Notes: a model not told the origin generated them from the sequence alone. A stretch of 64,000 nt of DNA from Octopus sinensis (GCF_006345805.1 NC_043009.1:58652001-58716000); one strand, 5' to 3'. Counted from the first letter of the stretch, positions 1-14,304 are shown. Translations and numbers: made by a program.

Positions 1-444
1 ATGCACACACGTGCTTGCATGATTACACATACACACACATGGGCCTTTATACCAAAGCATTTCTATGCGTGGACACATAATGTGCATGAACTCCATACAA
101 AAATGCATAATGCACAAATAGAAAAGTTCAAACGTATCCAAATGGAAGTATGCGAAAGCTTAAATTAGAAAATTGCACAAATATTTGAATACATCAAATA
201 CATTGATATATGGATATGGAACTGCTTGAGCGCTTAATAAATATATAAATATGAAAAATATATACATGTAAATTGTATAAATATCATGCAATGACTAAAG
301 AAGTAAAAATAAATATTAAATAATTATTTAAGAATTAGTTGACAATTGGCTAATTCCTGTATCAATTAGCTGAAAATTATAAGTTACAAAAATCAGAAAA
401 TATGGAGAAGCCGTGTTATAAATACATACATGCATTCAAAATAT

Positions 445-469
445 ATATTATATATATATAATATATATA

Positions 470-529
<60 letters not shown>

Positions 530-532
530 ATA

Positions 533-582
<50 letters not shown>
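445..582. repeat. (AT)n microsatellite
   Basis: Near-pure TA dinucleotide run; source of the YIYI ORFs at 393-819. Confidence 0.95.
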
Positions 583-586
<4 letters not shown>

Positions 587-839
587 CGTACTTACATACT
601 AAAACCCAATACAATTTTTGGCATACTCACATACATGCGTATTTAAACACAAACACACGCACATGTATACATGCATACAGTAATGTTATAAATGCATACA
701 TTATCTCACAGAGAGAAACAAATGTATGTATATACATCGAGACCGAAATGCAGCGAGGTGACAAATGGCGAACATTTACACCTTTGCCTAAAAGTGAATA
801 TCTCTTCACGGTAAAATGATATAAAATGGTATTTAGAAA

Positions 840-1071
840 AGGCGGTGAGCTGGCAGAAACGCTAGCACGCTGGACGAAATGCGTAGCCGTATTTCGTCTG
901 ACGTTACGTTCTGAGTTCAAATTCCGCCGAGGTCGACTTTGCCTTTCATCCTTTCGGGGTCGATAAATTAAGTACCAGTTACGCACTGTGGTCGATGTAA
1001 TCGACTTAATACCTACGTCTGTCCTTGTTTGTCCCATCTGTGTTTAGCCCCTTGTGGGTAATAAAGAAATA
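840..1071 (+). mobile_element. tRNA-derived SINE, family A (tail variant 1), full length with 12-bp TSD
   Basis: A-box-like TGGCAGAAACG, B-box-like GAGTTCAAATTCC; near-identical to 36040-36260; TSD ggtatttagaaa at 828-839 and 1072-1083. Confidence 0.9.
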
Positions 1072-1310
1072 GGTATTTAGAAATAAACATATGCCACTAA
1101 GAGATGTTTATCAGTATAAAATTTGTTTTAGTTTTAACACCATCTTAGTTTTTAATACCGTATTCTTCAGACAACACATAACTGATTTATTATACAGCTA
1201 CGACTTTCTAATCAGCTCAGGGTTATCTGTCGTTTGTATCCTCTACTAAAGATGGCAAAACAAGCCAGGAATGCCAACAGAAGGTGCCATTGAGCTGGAA
1301 ATGGTATTTC

Positions 1311-1682
1311 TTTTATCCTTTTACTTGTTTCAGTTGTTTGACAGCGGACATGCTGAAGCACTGCCTTTAGTCGAACAAATTGTACCCAGGACCTATTCTT
1401 TGTAAGCCTAGTACTTATACTATCGGTCTCTTTTGCCGAACCATTAGATTAAGGGTATTTAAGCACAAAACATCGGTTGTCAAGCGATGGTGGAGGAGAA
1501 AGCACCGATACACACACACACAAAATGGGCTTATTTCAGTGTCAGTCTACCAAAACGACATGATTTTGGTGGTTGCGAGGCTATAGTAGAAGGCACTTGC
1601 CCAAGGTGCCATGAAGTGCGAGTGAACCCGGAATCATATGGTTGAGAAGCAAGCGTCTTACCACACAGCCAATCTTGCACCT
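1311..1682 (-). mobile_element. tRNA-derived SINE, family D (CORE-like)
   Basis: Reverse-strand match to other D copies: ggcacttgcccaagg core and ttttacttgtttcag tail. Confidence 0.85.
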
Positions 1683-1902
1683 ATATCTTACGACTTCATT
1701 CATACGTGGGAACTTTTTCCCTACAGTATACTGACTGCCCGTAGAAGACAAAATATGTTCACAAACATATTTGAAATAAAGCATAGAAATATGTGTGTAT
1801 ATAGTGCATAACACCATTTCAATGGGCATTACATCTTCCGTCTATCATCTGTGCCACCTTCAATTACAATATTGCTGTTCTTATACCAAAATCTCAACCT
1901 TT

Positions 1903-2000
1903 AAGGCGGGCAGCTGGCAGAACCTTCATCACGTTACACACAATGTTTAACGGACTTATATCCCGATTCCTTACATCTTTAAGTTCAAAATCTGCCAATG
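1903..2000 (+). mobile_element. Degraded SINE A head
   Basis: aaggcgggcagctggcagaa ... aagttcaaaatctgcc resembles the A head. Confidence 0.55.
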
Positions 2001-2949
2001 TCCGAGATTGCGATGTTAGTTCTTTTCTTACTTTTTTGCAAACATGCGTGCCTTAAAAAAATGACTTAGTTATCGGGATGTGAATTTGTATTATTTTGTA
2101 CCGGTGTTTGCAGTAGGAAGTTGCAACATGGCAGAGATAATGATCGGTTATGGGAAAAAATGCACGTTATATTTTAGGAACTTTATTTATATTATCATGT
2201 TCATCCTGCTCTTATCGGTCGTATGAAGTGTTAATGAACTGCAAAGATAGTTTAAGTGTTAAACAGTGTGTGCAGCGACCGGAGTCCATAATTTGCAGGG
2301 GGCTGACTTCGCCTATCATCTTTCGAGATCGTTATATTCAGTCAGTTGAGTTTGTGCATTTATGAAATATAATTCTTGAAGATTTATATACAAAAACACG
2401 CGAATTACGTAATATTTCCATTATCTTATACCTGTTTCTATTATCAGAAGCATTGCTCTCAGAGATGCATTTGCATGCAGCACCATTAAATAATATGTTT
2501 AAAAACTTGAGGCAATAAATATAAAACTCATTTAAATGGCTGAGAGGAAGCTATGTAGATGTCGCATAGCACTCAGCTCTCAGTGCCGTGTTTTGTGTAG
2601 TAGAAACACCCATAAGCTAATGAAAGTCTTTTAGAAACAACTGCGTTCGGTCATCATATAATTAACTGTAGGCTCTGTAACCATCTCATGATTTACTCTG
2701 GAGTATATTGAGATTTAAAACCAGTTATTAGACTTGCTGTATGGATAGTATCAGGATATTTCGAGTGCATAGGTATACATCTTAACATAGGCTCACGCTA
2801 TTCTCTATGAGTGTAGACACATGTCTGATCATGTAACCGTGTGTACACGAGTACGTATGTGCGTCTTAATAAGTTTCAGTATCCGTCTGTCCATCTTTCA
2901 AAATTCCATAGGCATGGAATAATGAAAGAATGTAAATAGCTTTATATAA

Positions 2950-3060
2950 GACAATTCATATATACATATATACACACAGACACACACATAAATATTTATA
3001 TATGTATATACGTATATGTATATATACACATTTGTATGTATTATATATAATATACTTACT

Positions 3061-3091
<31 letters not shown>

Positions 3092-3254
3092 TTATGCATA
3101 TATATTGTCTATAAATATATGTGTGCGTGTTTCGACAATAGTAGGATATATCGACAATGGTAGGATGTATATATATGTATAAATATAATTATATATATAT
3201 ATATAAGGGTGTGTGTGTTTGTGTGTGTGTGTGTGTGTATGTGTGTGTGTATGC

Positions 3255-3292
<38 letters not shown>

Positions 3293-3825
3293 TTGTATAA
3301 CCGTATATACCCCCATATATATTATTGTGTATCTATATAAACCTGTACGTATAAATATAAATATATACATACATGAATATAAACGTAAGTACACATGCAC
3401 CCAAACATACACGCACAACACACACAGATACATGCACAACGCACACAGATACACGCACACACACATGCACAAAATATACACACAGACACAGAAACACATG
3501 TACACACACACATTATATATGAAGTTGTAATACTCAACAGGCATGATTGATATTGTAAATCATCTCAAATCGAGTACAATATGAATATTTATTGTTCAAA
3601 GTCCGGGTTACAGAGCTTCTTCAGATTTTGTCTTTAAGAAGCCATGATTTCAAACCATCATTCAATGCCACTTAATTTCAGCTTTGGACATTCCATCATT
3701 TATAAACTTACCAAACTGGAAAGATTATAAACTTGAAAGCAAAATTCGAAGACCACCATAGCATTGCTTAAACCTACATACATATATATGTATGCGAATA
3801 TAGATATAGATTAATGTAATATATA

Positions 3826-3887
<62 letters not shown>

Positions 3888-4025
3888 AAATGCAGATATA
3901 TAACTATATACATATAAGGTACGTATATACACACAATTACATATAACATATATATACGTATATATGCATATTTATATCCTTACATGTTCGGGATATTATA
4001 TACGTAAATATATATAAATACATAC

Positions 4026-4087
<62 letters not shown>

Positions 4088-4397
4088 AATATATATATTA
4101 TAATATATATAATATATATATAAATATATATATTATATATATATTATATATATATAATATATATATAAATATATATAAATATTATATGATATATATATAT
4201 ATAATATATATATATATATATTTAACGCGTATGTTCTTATACATACACACATACATCATATCGAGACGGGGCAGGGTTCTTACATGTAAGCAATAATTAT
4301 TTATAAGCGAATGGTGGATGCTTTATGTCTATTTCAGCGTGTAGATATGTAATCGAAGGAGTCGGTTTTCGAAGAATGTGTTTATACATGTAAGTAG

Positions 4398-4428
<31 letters not shown>

Positions 4429-4740
4429 CATATATATATACTTATATCTATATATATGCAAGACATTATCAGCACATCTGTTGTCGTGTATAAGTTTTAT
4501 ACCTATAAAATTGTATTAACCATGCGTATATATAAACAAATTCCAATATACTTATATGTATGTACTAAAAGTATGCTATATATATATATATATAAATTGT
4601 ATAATTATATATATATATATATAATATAAATATATATAGATATATATTATATATATATCTATTATATTATATATATATTATATATAATATATTATATATA
4701 TATATAGTATAATATAGAAGATAGATAGATAGATAGATAG

Positions 4741-4779
<39 letters not shown>

Positions 4780-4785
4780 TTAGAT
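2950..4785. repeat. Compound microsatellite region: (TA)n, (TG)n, (CA)n, ending in (GATA)n at about 4717-4785
   Basis: Directly visible simple repeats with short unique islands. Confidence 0.9.
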
Positions 4786-6263
4786 AATCAACTACTGGTA
4801 TGAATAAAGAAGGGACTGCATTCTCAGCCATGCACCCCATGTCAACAGCATGCCAGCTTTGTGAGAACAACTCAGCTTTCGGAATGGAAAACAATACTGC
4901 ATGCAACGCCAGTGCGTCACACTAAGGTCATATTAAGGACAAGGTCAGCTGCAGGATTCATCGATAAGAGATGCAACAATGACCTGGAAGTTGGTGTACC
5001 ATGAGATTACTTTGATTGGGTAAATCCAAATCACCATAACATCTTAATCATTTTTATCGCTCAACTGGAGATACGGCCACGCTACGATAAGCTACGACAC
5101 GCGACAACGCATGATGCAATACGCGGACATTTTGCCAAGATTGTAAAAACTATCTATTCACAATTATTTACGAAGATATATATGGGTGTTTATAATAACA
5201 GGGAACATTCCTATTCCCCACTAATCAATTAAAATCTGGTATATCATTTTTTTTTGTGCTTATAAAACAAATCACCGGTAAAACACGCTCGATTTTTTAA
5301 AACGGATCTGACACTCAATAATTTTGCCCAACTATGAAAAAGGTTGCGGACTAAACGAAATTTGCCAATAGAACAGAAAAACTAATTTTACATGAGTGTT
5401 ACGTTATACATAAAAAAGGAAGATTCTTGTCCCCAGATACAACAGAACTTGCTTATTACCTAACTCAACGGGAATCTTTACCAAACACAAAACGAAATAA
5501 ATAAAAGCATTTTTAGCATAACTATTAGCATAAACGACGGGTTGGGCATAAATACGGGAACTGAAACGAAAACGGGATCGGACACGGAACAGTGTAATGT
5601 TAAACAGAACTGGGAATAAACTTCGCTTTCCCAATATAACCGTCGACTCATTTATTTCACTCAGAGGCATATTCGTCTGTTAAAATAATATAGGGATATT
5701 CCTTATTCACGCACTAAACCTATTGACAGTTTGTAATACCTATTTTTAACAATAATCTATTACCATAAGTGTTACTAATATATTTAATGGCTTAATTACA
5801 CCTAACTGATTCTCAGATTTATATACTGATATATCATTGGGGATAGGAATGGGAGCGGAATAAGAACGGGAAACTAAACCGGGAACGGGATAGGCCATGA
5901 AAAAGTGTAGTGGAAACGGGAATTGGAAATAACACCAGCTTTCCGAGTATCCAGCTAGCATATATATATACATACATATGCATACAAATATATATATATA
6001 TTTAAAAAAGGAGATGTGGAACACGAGTTGTGATATAAAAAAGGAAATGAAGAAAATGCTGACAAAATAATTTAAGTAAGGGAGAGTGTATTTAATTAGG
6101 TGTGAAAGTTCTTTTTACCGGTTGCGCATTTGTTATGCTTATCAAAGATATTTTTTAAGAGAGATAGAGTTCTTCTGGTAGTTTTTTCTGTTATTGATAA
6201 GAGAAAAAATCTATCAGAAAGGAATCTATCTCTTTATCTTGTGATAAGCATATATATATATTC

Positions 6264-6301
<38 letters not shown>

Positions 6302-8132
6302 CTAGCATATATACATACAATACAAATCTATGAGTATATAATATATAATTTATTGTAGTAAATATACTATCTCTCTCTCTCTCTCTCTCTCACATATATA
6401 TATATGATATTATATATATATTAGAGAGCGAGAGAATATCAATTTTTAAACTTAGTCAGTAGATTGTGGTCATGCTAGGACATAGCACACAAACAACATA
6501 CAGACCCCCCCACCCCACAGACCCCCCACACCCGCACAGAGTCTTGGAATCGTTACTCAGGTATTGTGATAGTTCCATATTAGTTGTTTGTGTTAAGATT
6601 GGAACTGTCACTCTACCCTACGGTATTAAATTTTCACGACAATCTTGGTTTCATGTTAAGAATGAAATTATGAAATTGGTGCGTCGTTGCCGCGTTATGT
6701 AATGGTCATTAAGAGATAATAGTAATATTCTTGTAACGAATAAAATCGTCATTGCTTTGATATAAAAATTGTTTTAGATTATTTCGCTCGAAATGCTACA
6801 AAAATATTTGTCTACAACAGAATGTATCGGCTTCAATGTATACACTGTATACACCATGTATATTTTCGTTTTGATGTTGTCAGGAAATTGAAATATAGAA
6901 TATCTAGCAGCACCTGCTTGTCATAAAATACTTTTGAATATAATCTCTGGGCGAAGTCATTAAACCATTTTGTTTCCAACACACTCTCTAATAGAGACGT
7001 TTGAATAAATTACCACCACATTCATTCATATGCACGCATGCGTACAAGTACACACGTATAGACGTACATGAGCAAACATATTCACACATCCGCACGCGTG
7101 CACTAATATCCGCTCAAATAACTACACATGTGTATCACATATTTATTAACAGCTAATACGATAATTTATGCACATTTTACAGCGCCATGTACACCTCCTT
7201 ACATTACAGACTGCAAGACTTGCACCATATACATTACAATTGCGATAAAAACGGGATAAATAAGAAAGAGACACATTTAAATATGCTGCAAACATAAATA
7301 ATGATAATCGATAATCGATAATCAGCGAGGCAATAACTTCGATGCTAAATACATAATCGAGATTTAAGCTAAAGAAGCTTAACTTTAAAAATGCTGGAGT
7401 ACCGGATAAAAATGACAATTCAAATATATTAAGATGTTTGGAGAGTAAGGGTAGAGAGACAATAGTATTTCTAGCTACAAATATTTCGTGGGTGGTTCTT
7501 CTATATTAAATAATCATGAAAGACAGCTCTGGAAATTTTGCAAGCGTTTCATGAACATCCTTTGCTGAAGCTTGCCTTGGCCTCAAGGTCTTGAGGAAAA
7601 TCCGCATTATCTCCCTGTATCTTTCCTTGTCATAGAGCCCTTTCCGCAGATCTAATAAATGGTGAAACCATAAAGACATGTTATGTATGGATGTAGGAAT
7701 ATCAAGGTTTCCCATGTTGTGATTCCGTGATGAAGTGTGATAGAAAGAAATCGCGTAAGCAGGATTCAACTGTTAATAGTTTTAAATGTTCAAACTTGCA
7801 GAGGGTAAAGGGCTATTAGAAGAAGCTGCATATATGTATAATGCGTACGTTGGTTTAAGGTGGTTGAACGAAATAGGAGTGGACAATACATGTTAAAAAG
7901 ATTATATTTGCTTATAGATACGGAAACTGAGTTTGTTTCGCGACTCGGTTTTCACCCAGTTACGAACTTCATACATACTGGTATAGCTACATACATACAC
8001 ACAAACACACATACATAATACATACATATATACATGCATACCACGTACATACATACATAAATACATTAACACATACATACAGACAAGCATACATACATGC
8101 ATACATACATAGATACATGCATATCTAAACAC

Positions 8133-8830
8133 GGTGGTGTGGCTGTGAGGTAAGAAGTTTGCTTACAAAACATGGTTACCGGTTCAGTCCCATTGCGTGG
8201 CACCTTGGTCAAGTACCTTCTACTGTAGATTCGAGACGACCAACACCTCGTGAGTGGATTCAGCAGACGGAAACTGAAAGAAGCCCACCCTATATGCACA
8301 CTCACACACATTATGTGAAGGTGAATGGCTCAGTAGTGAGAGCGTCGAGCTTACGATCGTGGGGTTGTGACTTCGAATCCCGGAGGGCTGCGTGTTGTGT
8401 CCTTGAGCAAGACATTTTATTTCACGTTGCTCCAGTTTACTCGGCTGTAGAAAGGAGTTGCGACGTCACAGGGACGAAGCTGTATCGGCTTTTGCCTTTC
8501 CCTTGGACAACATCAGCGGTGTGGAGAGAGGAGGCCGGTATGCATGGGTGACTGCTGGTCTTCCATAAACAACCTTGCCCAGATATGTGCCTGGGAGGGT
8601 AACATTCTAGGTGCAATCCTATGGTCAGACACTACCGAGGGCGTCTCAGCCGATGTTCGTTTGTATATGTAACCGTAATTTAGCGTTCAGCAACAAGAGA
8701 GCAAATAAATAATCATGAGGCTTAAAATGCAAATAACTAATGTGGTGGAACCACTGGATTAAAAAAAAAATTCCTGCAAGGCGGTGCTCCAGCATGGCCT
8801 TGGTCAAATAACTGTAACAAGTAAGAATAG
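8133..8830 (+). mobile_element. SINE D interrupted by a SINE C insertion
   Basis: D 5' half at 8133-8310; D 3' half (ccgtaatttagcg ... ggcggtgctccagcatggcc ... aagtaagaatag) at about 8650-8830. Confidence 0.75.
8317..8646 (+). mobile_element. tRNA-derived SINE, family C
   Basis: tggctcagtagtgagagcg A box, cttcgaatccc B box, ccttgagcaagacattttatttcacgttgctccag central domain; matches 45146-45479 and 35516-35856. Confidence 0.9.
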
Positions 8831-9632
8831 TTAAAAAAAAAAACAAAAATAAAACTGTATCTATCTATCTGCAATATGTTCATACACACAGATCACCTGA
8901 AACTGTTCGAAGGATTCGAAACAGAAAACAGTTACTTGCAATCGAAGGGTCGTAACACTCTTACCACTGGTCCACCTAAAACTCTTCCTGAGCGCTCCAC
9001 CGTCCGTATGCAAACAAGTAAGTAAAGAAAGTCTTTCTTTACTACTGGTTATCTAATTACACTTCCTCCACGTTTATGGCTGCCTATTAAACAATGCAAC
9101 TAACATCTGTCTTATCTTGATTGAGATGACTGGATTTATCTTGGAAAACACACAACAATAAAGACACTCCATAAAACCATACCCCCCTCACCCCGGCTCT
9201 TAATTTCTATTTGAGGTTTTTATTGAATTATTTTATTTGCTGTTTATGTCCTCCTTTGTTTATGTTTTCGTTCAGTTCTAAAGAAATTACCGAATATCTA
9301 TGCATTTAATTATTTGATGTCTGAAAAATTCATTGAGACTGCTTTCGATGTGGAAGTTCTTTAGCCCTCGGTCAGCCTTGATCGGGTGATCCACTTGAAT
9401 AGACTTACACTAAAAAAAAAACGTCCCAGCCATCAACGTTCCGTCGTTTATTGCGACATATTTTAACTTGCGGCTTGTTGAAATTCCTTCAAGATTTACT
9501 GTCTGATTCCTGGTCCATTACAAATAAATGCACGGGTTCAATCTCACTGCGAAACACCTTGGGTAAGCCGCAGACTAATCAACGCCGGTTGAAAGAATTT
9601 AGTCGACGAAACTGAAAGAATCCTGTGGTATA

Positions 9633-9669
<37 letters not shown>

Positions 9670-9688
9670 ATATATAATATATATATAT

Positions 9689-9759
<71 letters not shown>

Positions 9760-10382
9760 TTAGTTAAGAGAAAACGGAAGATGGAACATACGAGAATGTT
9801 TATTGATCACTACAATTGCTTCATTCTTTCGACCACTCTACTATCGATCTCTCACGTATGAGATACTTAAGAACTAGTTTAGGAATATCCGTCGGTATAG
9901 ATGGGCCTCCTCAGACGATTACAAGATGTACCTCGTTAAAATAAACTATGGATGGATTAACCGCCAACCCGCACTCCTATAAACACAAAGTATCTATTTC
10001 ATTCACTGTGTGAGCGTATGTGCGCCGAACCACTGTGTGTCTATGCTTATATCTACTTATAACGACTTCTATAATGAGGATACCGGCAGATGTACTAGAT
10101 GTGGCTATTGTTGTCATTTTCTTGCTGGTTGATTGTTGTATTATGTTGATTGTATGTTGGGGGCAATGGCGATACTTATGATTAGCACAGTGTCTTCTCT
10201 TGTAGGTACTAATCGTAGTAATTCGGATATTATGGATGTACTCGTGTGTGGCGATGATAATTGTTTTGGTTGTGAGGGTGGTTGTGATGGAGATATAATA
10301 CCCGTCGATGTTGAAGCTACCTGTGGTGTTTACTGGGTGATGTTCATTATAAATGTGTGGTTAATATTAGCAATCGGAAATT

Positions 10383-10560
10383 CGGTGAGATGGCAGAATC
10401 GTTAGCACGCCGGGCAACATACTTAACAGCATTTCGTCCGTCCTTACGTTCAGAGTTCAAATCCCGCGATGCTCGACTTTACCTTTCGTCATTTCGAGGT
10501 CGATAAAATAATAATTACCACTCGAAATTGTTGGCATCGTATCAAATTTGAAACCAATAT
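10383..10560 (+). mobile_element. SINE A (tail variant 2), diverged
   Basis: A head and core followed by the aaatttgaaaccaatatt tail shared with 35234-35443. Confidence 0.75.
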
Positions 10561-11581
10561 TAGCAATTAGGTTGGTATTGAAGATGGTGGTTGTTTTGTG
10601 ATGATAGTGGCGGTGATGGAGTTAATAGTAGCACTCTTTGCGGATATGGCAGTGTGTATTAGCCATTGAAATGTTATTGAAAGCGGTAGTGGTCTTTGTG
10701 GTGGTGGTGGTGGTGGTGGTGGTGGTAGTGATTCCTTGTAGTAATAGTAGTAAGTGCAGGAGCAAGAGGGCGAAGAGAAAAGGAAGAAATTTACAACTGA
10801 AAATATTTACCTTGATTTTAATTTTATGCTTGCAGTAAAGAGGTCAATGAGCTCCTCCCTCCAACCCTTTCAACTTCCTACCACCTATCCCTTGCGAAAA
10901 CATGAATCAGTGCGAGAGAGAGGATGGGTGAGAGGGAGAGAGAGAGAAAAAGAGAAAGAGAAAACAGGCAGAGATTTCCATATGAAATAAATTTGTTGTG
11001 AACAACGAAAATCTCCAAATAAAGATCAAGTTACAACCGTGTGATTTCATGCTTTTGAATACTAAGTTTCTATGTTGTAATTTTGTTAGTATTTTCTTTT
11101 TTTTGTTGTTGTTTTCTTTTATTTTATTTTGTTACTTTCGTTTCCTGCTATTTCTGGCACACTGTGTGAAATTGTAGTGATCCCTAATTTATTCGTCTTG
11201 TTCGTATTGTTGCTATTTGTGCCGAGGGAGGAGGGTTTTATTTCTTTCTTGTTTACAACCTAGTTAAACTTTACCTCTTATACTTCTTATCAAAGGCAAT
11301 CCAATCTGTTGTTTTCCAAATAGTATTTACACGTCCCATTGTCCGATGTGCGCTTTCTAATTTCAATCAGTAGTATAAGATTCAGTTGACCAAAATGTTT
11401 GGATTGCTTAAAGTGCTACACACCTCGTCATTGTAATATCCTCTTTAGATAAAACGACAAAACAAAATACGACGGAAGACAAACTATTGTGTAGAGGGTA
11501 AAATGCTTATCCAGAATGCTATAGAAAGTGTGCGGATAGTAAATAAGTCTCTCTTTTTCTCTGAATGTTAATAAAAAAATA

Positions 11582-12044
11582 CCGTAAATCCTCGAGTATA
11601 GTTCGCCCTTGAGTATAATACGCAGGGGAGCTTTAGGGAGCTGTACCTCTGAAAAACCTAAACCTTGTGTATAATACGCACCCCTTCTCTAACTTGAGTC
11701 AAAAGGTCTATATAACATCATTGGTTTGTAAAACTGTACACGGTAACGTCCTTTATAATTATTGTATATATAACATAATGCAAACGTGGATATTTTTGTC
11801 CATTTTGTTTGCAGAAAATGAAGAAATAAGAGTAATAACGTTTAATAAATGGTTTAATGGTTCTGTTATGACTTCACTGCTTTCACAAAATGCGTCTGAA
11901 TAAATATTGCCAGACAGCAAATAGAGACTCGGACATTGCTTAGAAAATAATTTTTTTAATTTTTAACCTCGTATATAGTATGCACTAGGGATTTTGACCT
12001 TTAAATTTTGGGAAAAAATGCGGATTATACTCGAGGATTTACAG
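11582..12044. mobile_element. pogo/Tigger-type MITE (Tc1/mariner superfamily)
   Basis: TIRs ccgtaaatcctcgagtata / tatactcgaggatttacag flanked by TA at 11580-81 and 12045-46; no ORF. Confidence 0.85.
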
Positions 12045-12780
12045 TATCTAATATGTTTTAAAACATCTCTGTTAACCCTTTGCCTAAATGTCCATGCTTG
12101 TTACCAGAAATTTAGTCAGCCGTAGTATCGTATGCATTGAGTAATATAAACTTTCGTCTCTAAGCTTTAGCTGTTTTCTGTATTAACATAGAATACACAG
12201 AACACGCATATATATATATATATATATAATATGTTTTGGTACCTAAGCATCATAAAAGATACACATTTTCCCAATTCATTTTCAACCAAGTTACTTTAGT
12301 GGCTGTAAAATAGTGGGGAAAGTATGTACCTGATATGATGCTTGGTTACCAGAGAAACATGTCCTGTATATCCTATGTGATATACAAAACATGCAATGGG
12401 TTTAATCTACGACTTCCAACAGCAATTAAGTTAAAGTTCTGGATAGAATGAACTGAATACATATCAGAACAATCTGACACAAAAGTGTATACTTTGGAGA
12501 AATAATAGCTAATAATAATTAGGGTTTTCTCAAATTGAAAGTTCTATATTCAAACTATATTCTCTCTCAAGATATAATTGCTTTCGAGCAGAATAGGACA
12601 CCGATGTTCCGCAAAGTTGTTTCCGCTATATCAGTCAGAATATACAAAAGTCTGAAAGAAGATTACACCAAAGTCTTCCTGCTTCACATATAATTTCTAG
12701 ATTATAAGCGTTAGTAATGTCACTCAATTACATATCTTCATTTCCTTCTGTCACATTTTAATTTCCATCACGTGTTCTTT

Positions 12781-13100
12781 TTCTTTTCTATTTTTGCTTT
12801 TATTTGTTGCAGTCATTTTTATTGCGGCCATGTTGGAGCACCGAATTTAGTCGAACAAATCTACCCCAGGACTTGAATATCGCTTTATCGTTCACCTTTT
12901 ACTTCTGTCATGAGATGGCGACCACGCTGGGGCACTTCCTAGTCGTACGAATTGACCTCAGTACTTATTTTGCTTTATCGTTTTAAGTCTCGTACTTATT
13001 TTATCGATCTCTTTTACCGAACCGCTATATGGCAGAAACGTAAACAGCCTAACACCGGTTGTCAAGCGATAGTGGAGAAGACACAAAAACGCAAATGCAC
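12781..13100 (-). mobile_element. SINE D 3' half with a second D-like tail nested in it
   Basis: cagtcatttttattgcggccatgttggagcacc, ccccaggact, ccggttgtcaagcgat motifs. Confidence 0.7.
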
Positions 13101-13171
13101 ACATACATCTATCTATATATCTATCTACCTCTCCCCATCTCTCTCTATCTATCTATCTATCTATCTATATA

Positions 13172-13480
13172 TCATCATCATCATCATATGACCGACCAGA
13201 GTATGATATGTTGCCACATATCGCTGGTGTCAATGCGCTTCGCATTGTATTAGCCTTCAAATGACGCCACCCCACTGGCTAAGCGAGCAGGCCAACAGAA
13301 GAGTGACAGAAAGTTGTGGCGAAAGAGTACAGAAGGGATCGCCACCACCCCCTGCCGGAGCCTCGTGGAGCTTCACGTGTTTTCGCTCAATAAACACTCA
13401 CAACGCCCGGTCTGGGAATCGAAACAGCGATCCTACGACCGTGAGTTCGCTGCCCTAACCACTGGGTCATTGCGGCCTCC
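13172..13480 (-). mobile_element. tRNA-derived SINE, family B, tail variant 3 with (GAT)n end
   Basis: Reverse complement gives ggaggccgcaatgacccagtggttagggcagcg ... gtttcgattcccagaccgggcg head, then a distinct tail ending in (ATG)n. Confidence 0.9.
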
Positions 13481-13516
13481 ACCAATCTCTCTCTCTCTCT
13501 CTCTCTCTCTATATAA

Positions 13517-13553
<37 letters not shown>

Positions 13554-13576
13554 ATATATATATATATATATATATG

Positions 13577-13613
<37 letters not shown>

Positions 13614-13713
13614 NNNNNNNNNNNNNNNNNNNNNNNNNNNNNNNNNNNNNNNNNNNNNNNNNNNNNNNNNNNNNNNNNNNNNNNNNNNNNNNNNNNNNNN
13701 NNNNNNNNNNNNN
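13614..13713. other. Assembly gap (100 N) next to an (AT)n run
   Basis: 100 consecutive N. Confidence 1.
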
Positions 13714-13889
13714 TGTCAATGTCTTTATTGTTCAATTGTGTTTTTAGACAATAGAGATAGCAGTTCTATAAGGAAGGACCACCTGCGTGTTACTGCTTAC
13801 AGAAACCAGTCGTCACCAATGCTTCTTGCTGAATGTTATTTCGTTCCGTGTTGAGAAGACATCTGCAGGTGATATACGCCGACCACTGA

Positions 13890-14264
13890 CACACATATAT
13901 ATATATATATATAGTTTTTATATGTGATTATATAAATATATATATATTATGTCGCATATATATATATATATATATATATAAATATAATTATATATATATA
14001 TATATGCTTATATATAATTAGTATATTATATATATATATTATATATATAATCACACATACATATATATACATACATACATATATATGTATGTATATATAT
14101 ATATATGTATAATATATTACATGTATATATACATATATAAAATATTACGTAATATATGTATATACTAATAATAATATTATTATATATATAATATTATATA
14201 ATATTATTATTATCTTAGTATATATTGTTATATAATAATAATAATAATAATGATAATAATAATA

Positions 14265-14304
<40 letters not shown>

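Noticed and set aside
12072-12090. piggyBac end (TTAA-CCCTTT)
   Set aside because: No matching opposite terminus found; too short to be significant
13500-13760. Any structure spanning the N gap
   Set aside because: Gap size is nominal and the flanking (AT)n lengths are unreliable, so continuity cannot be assumed
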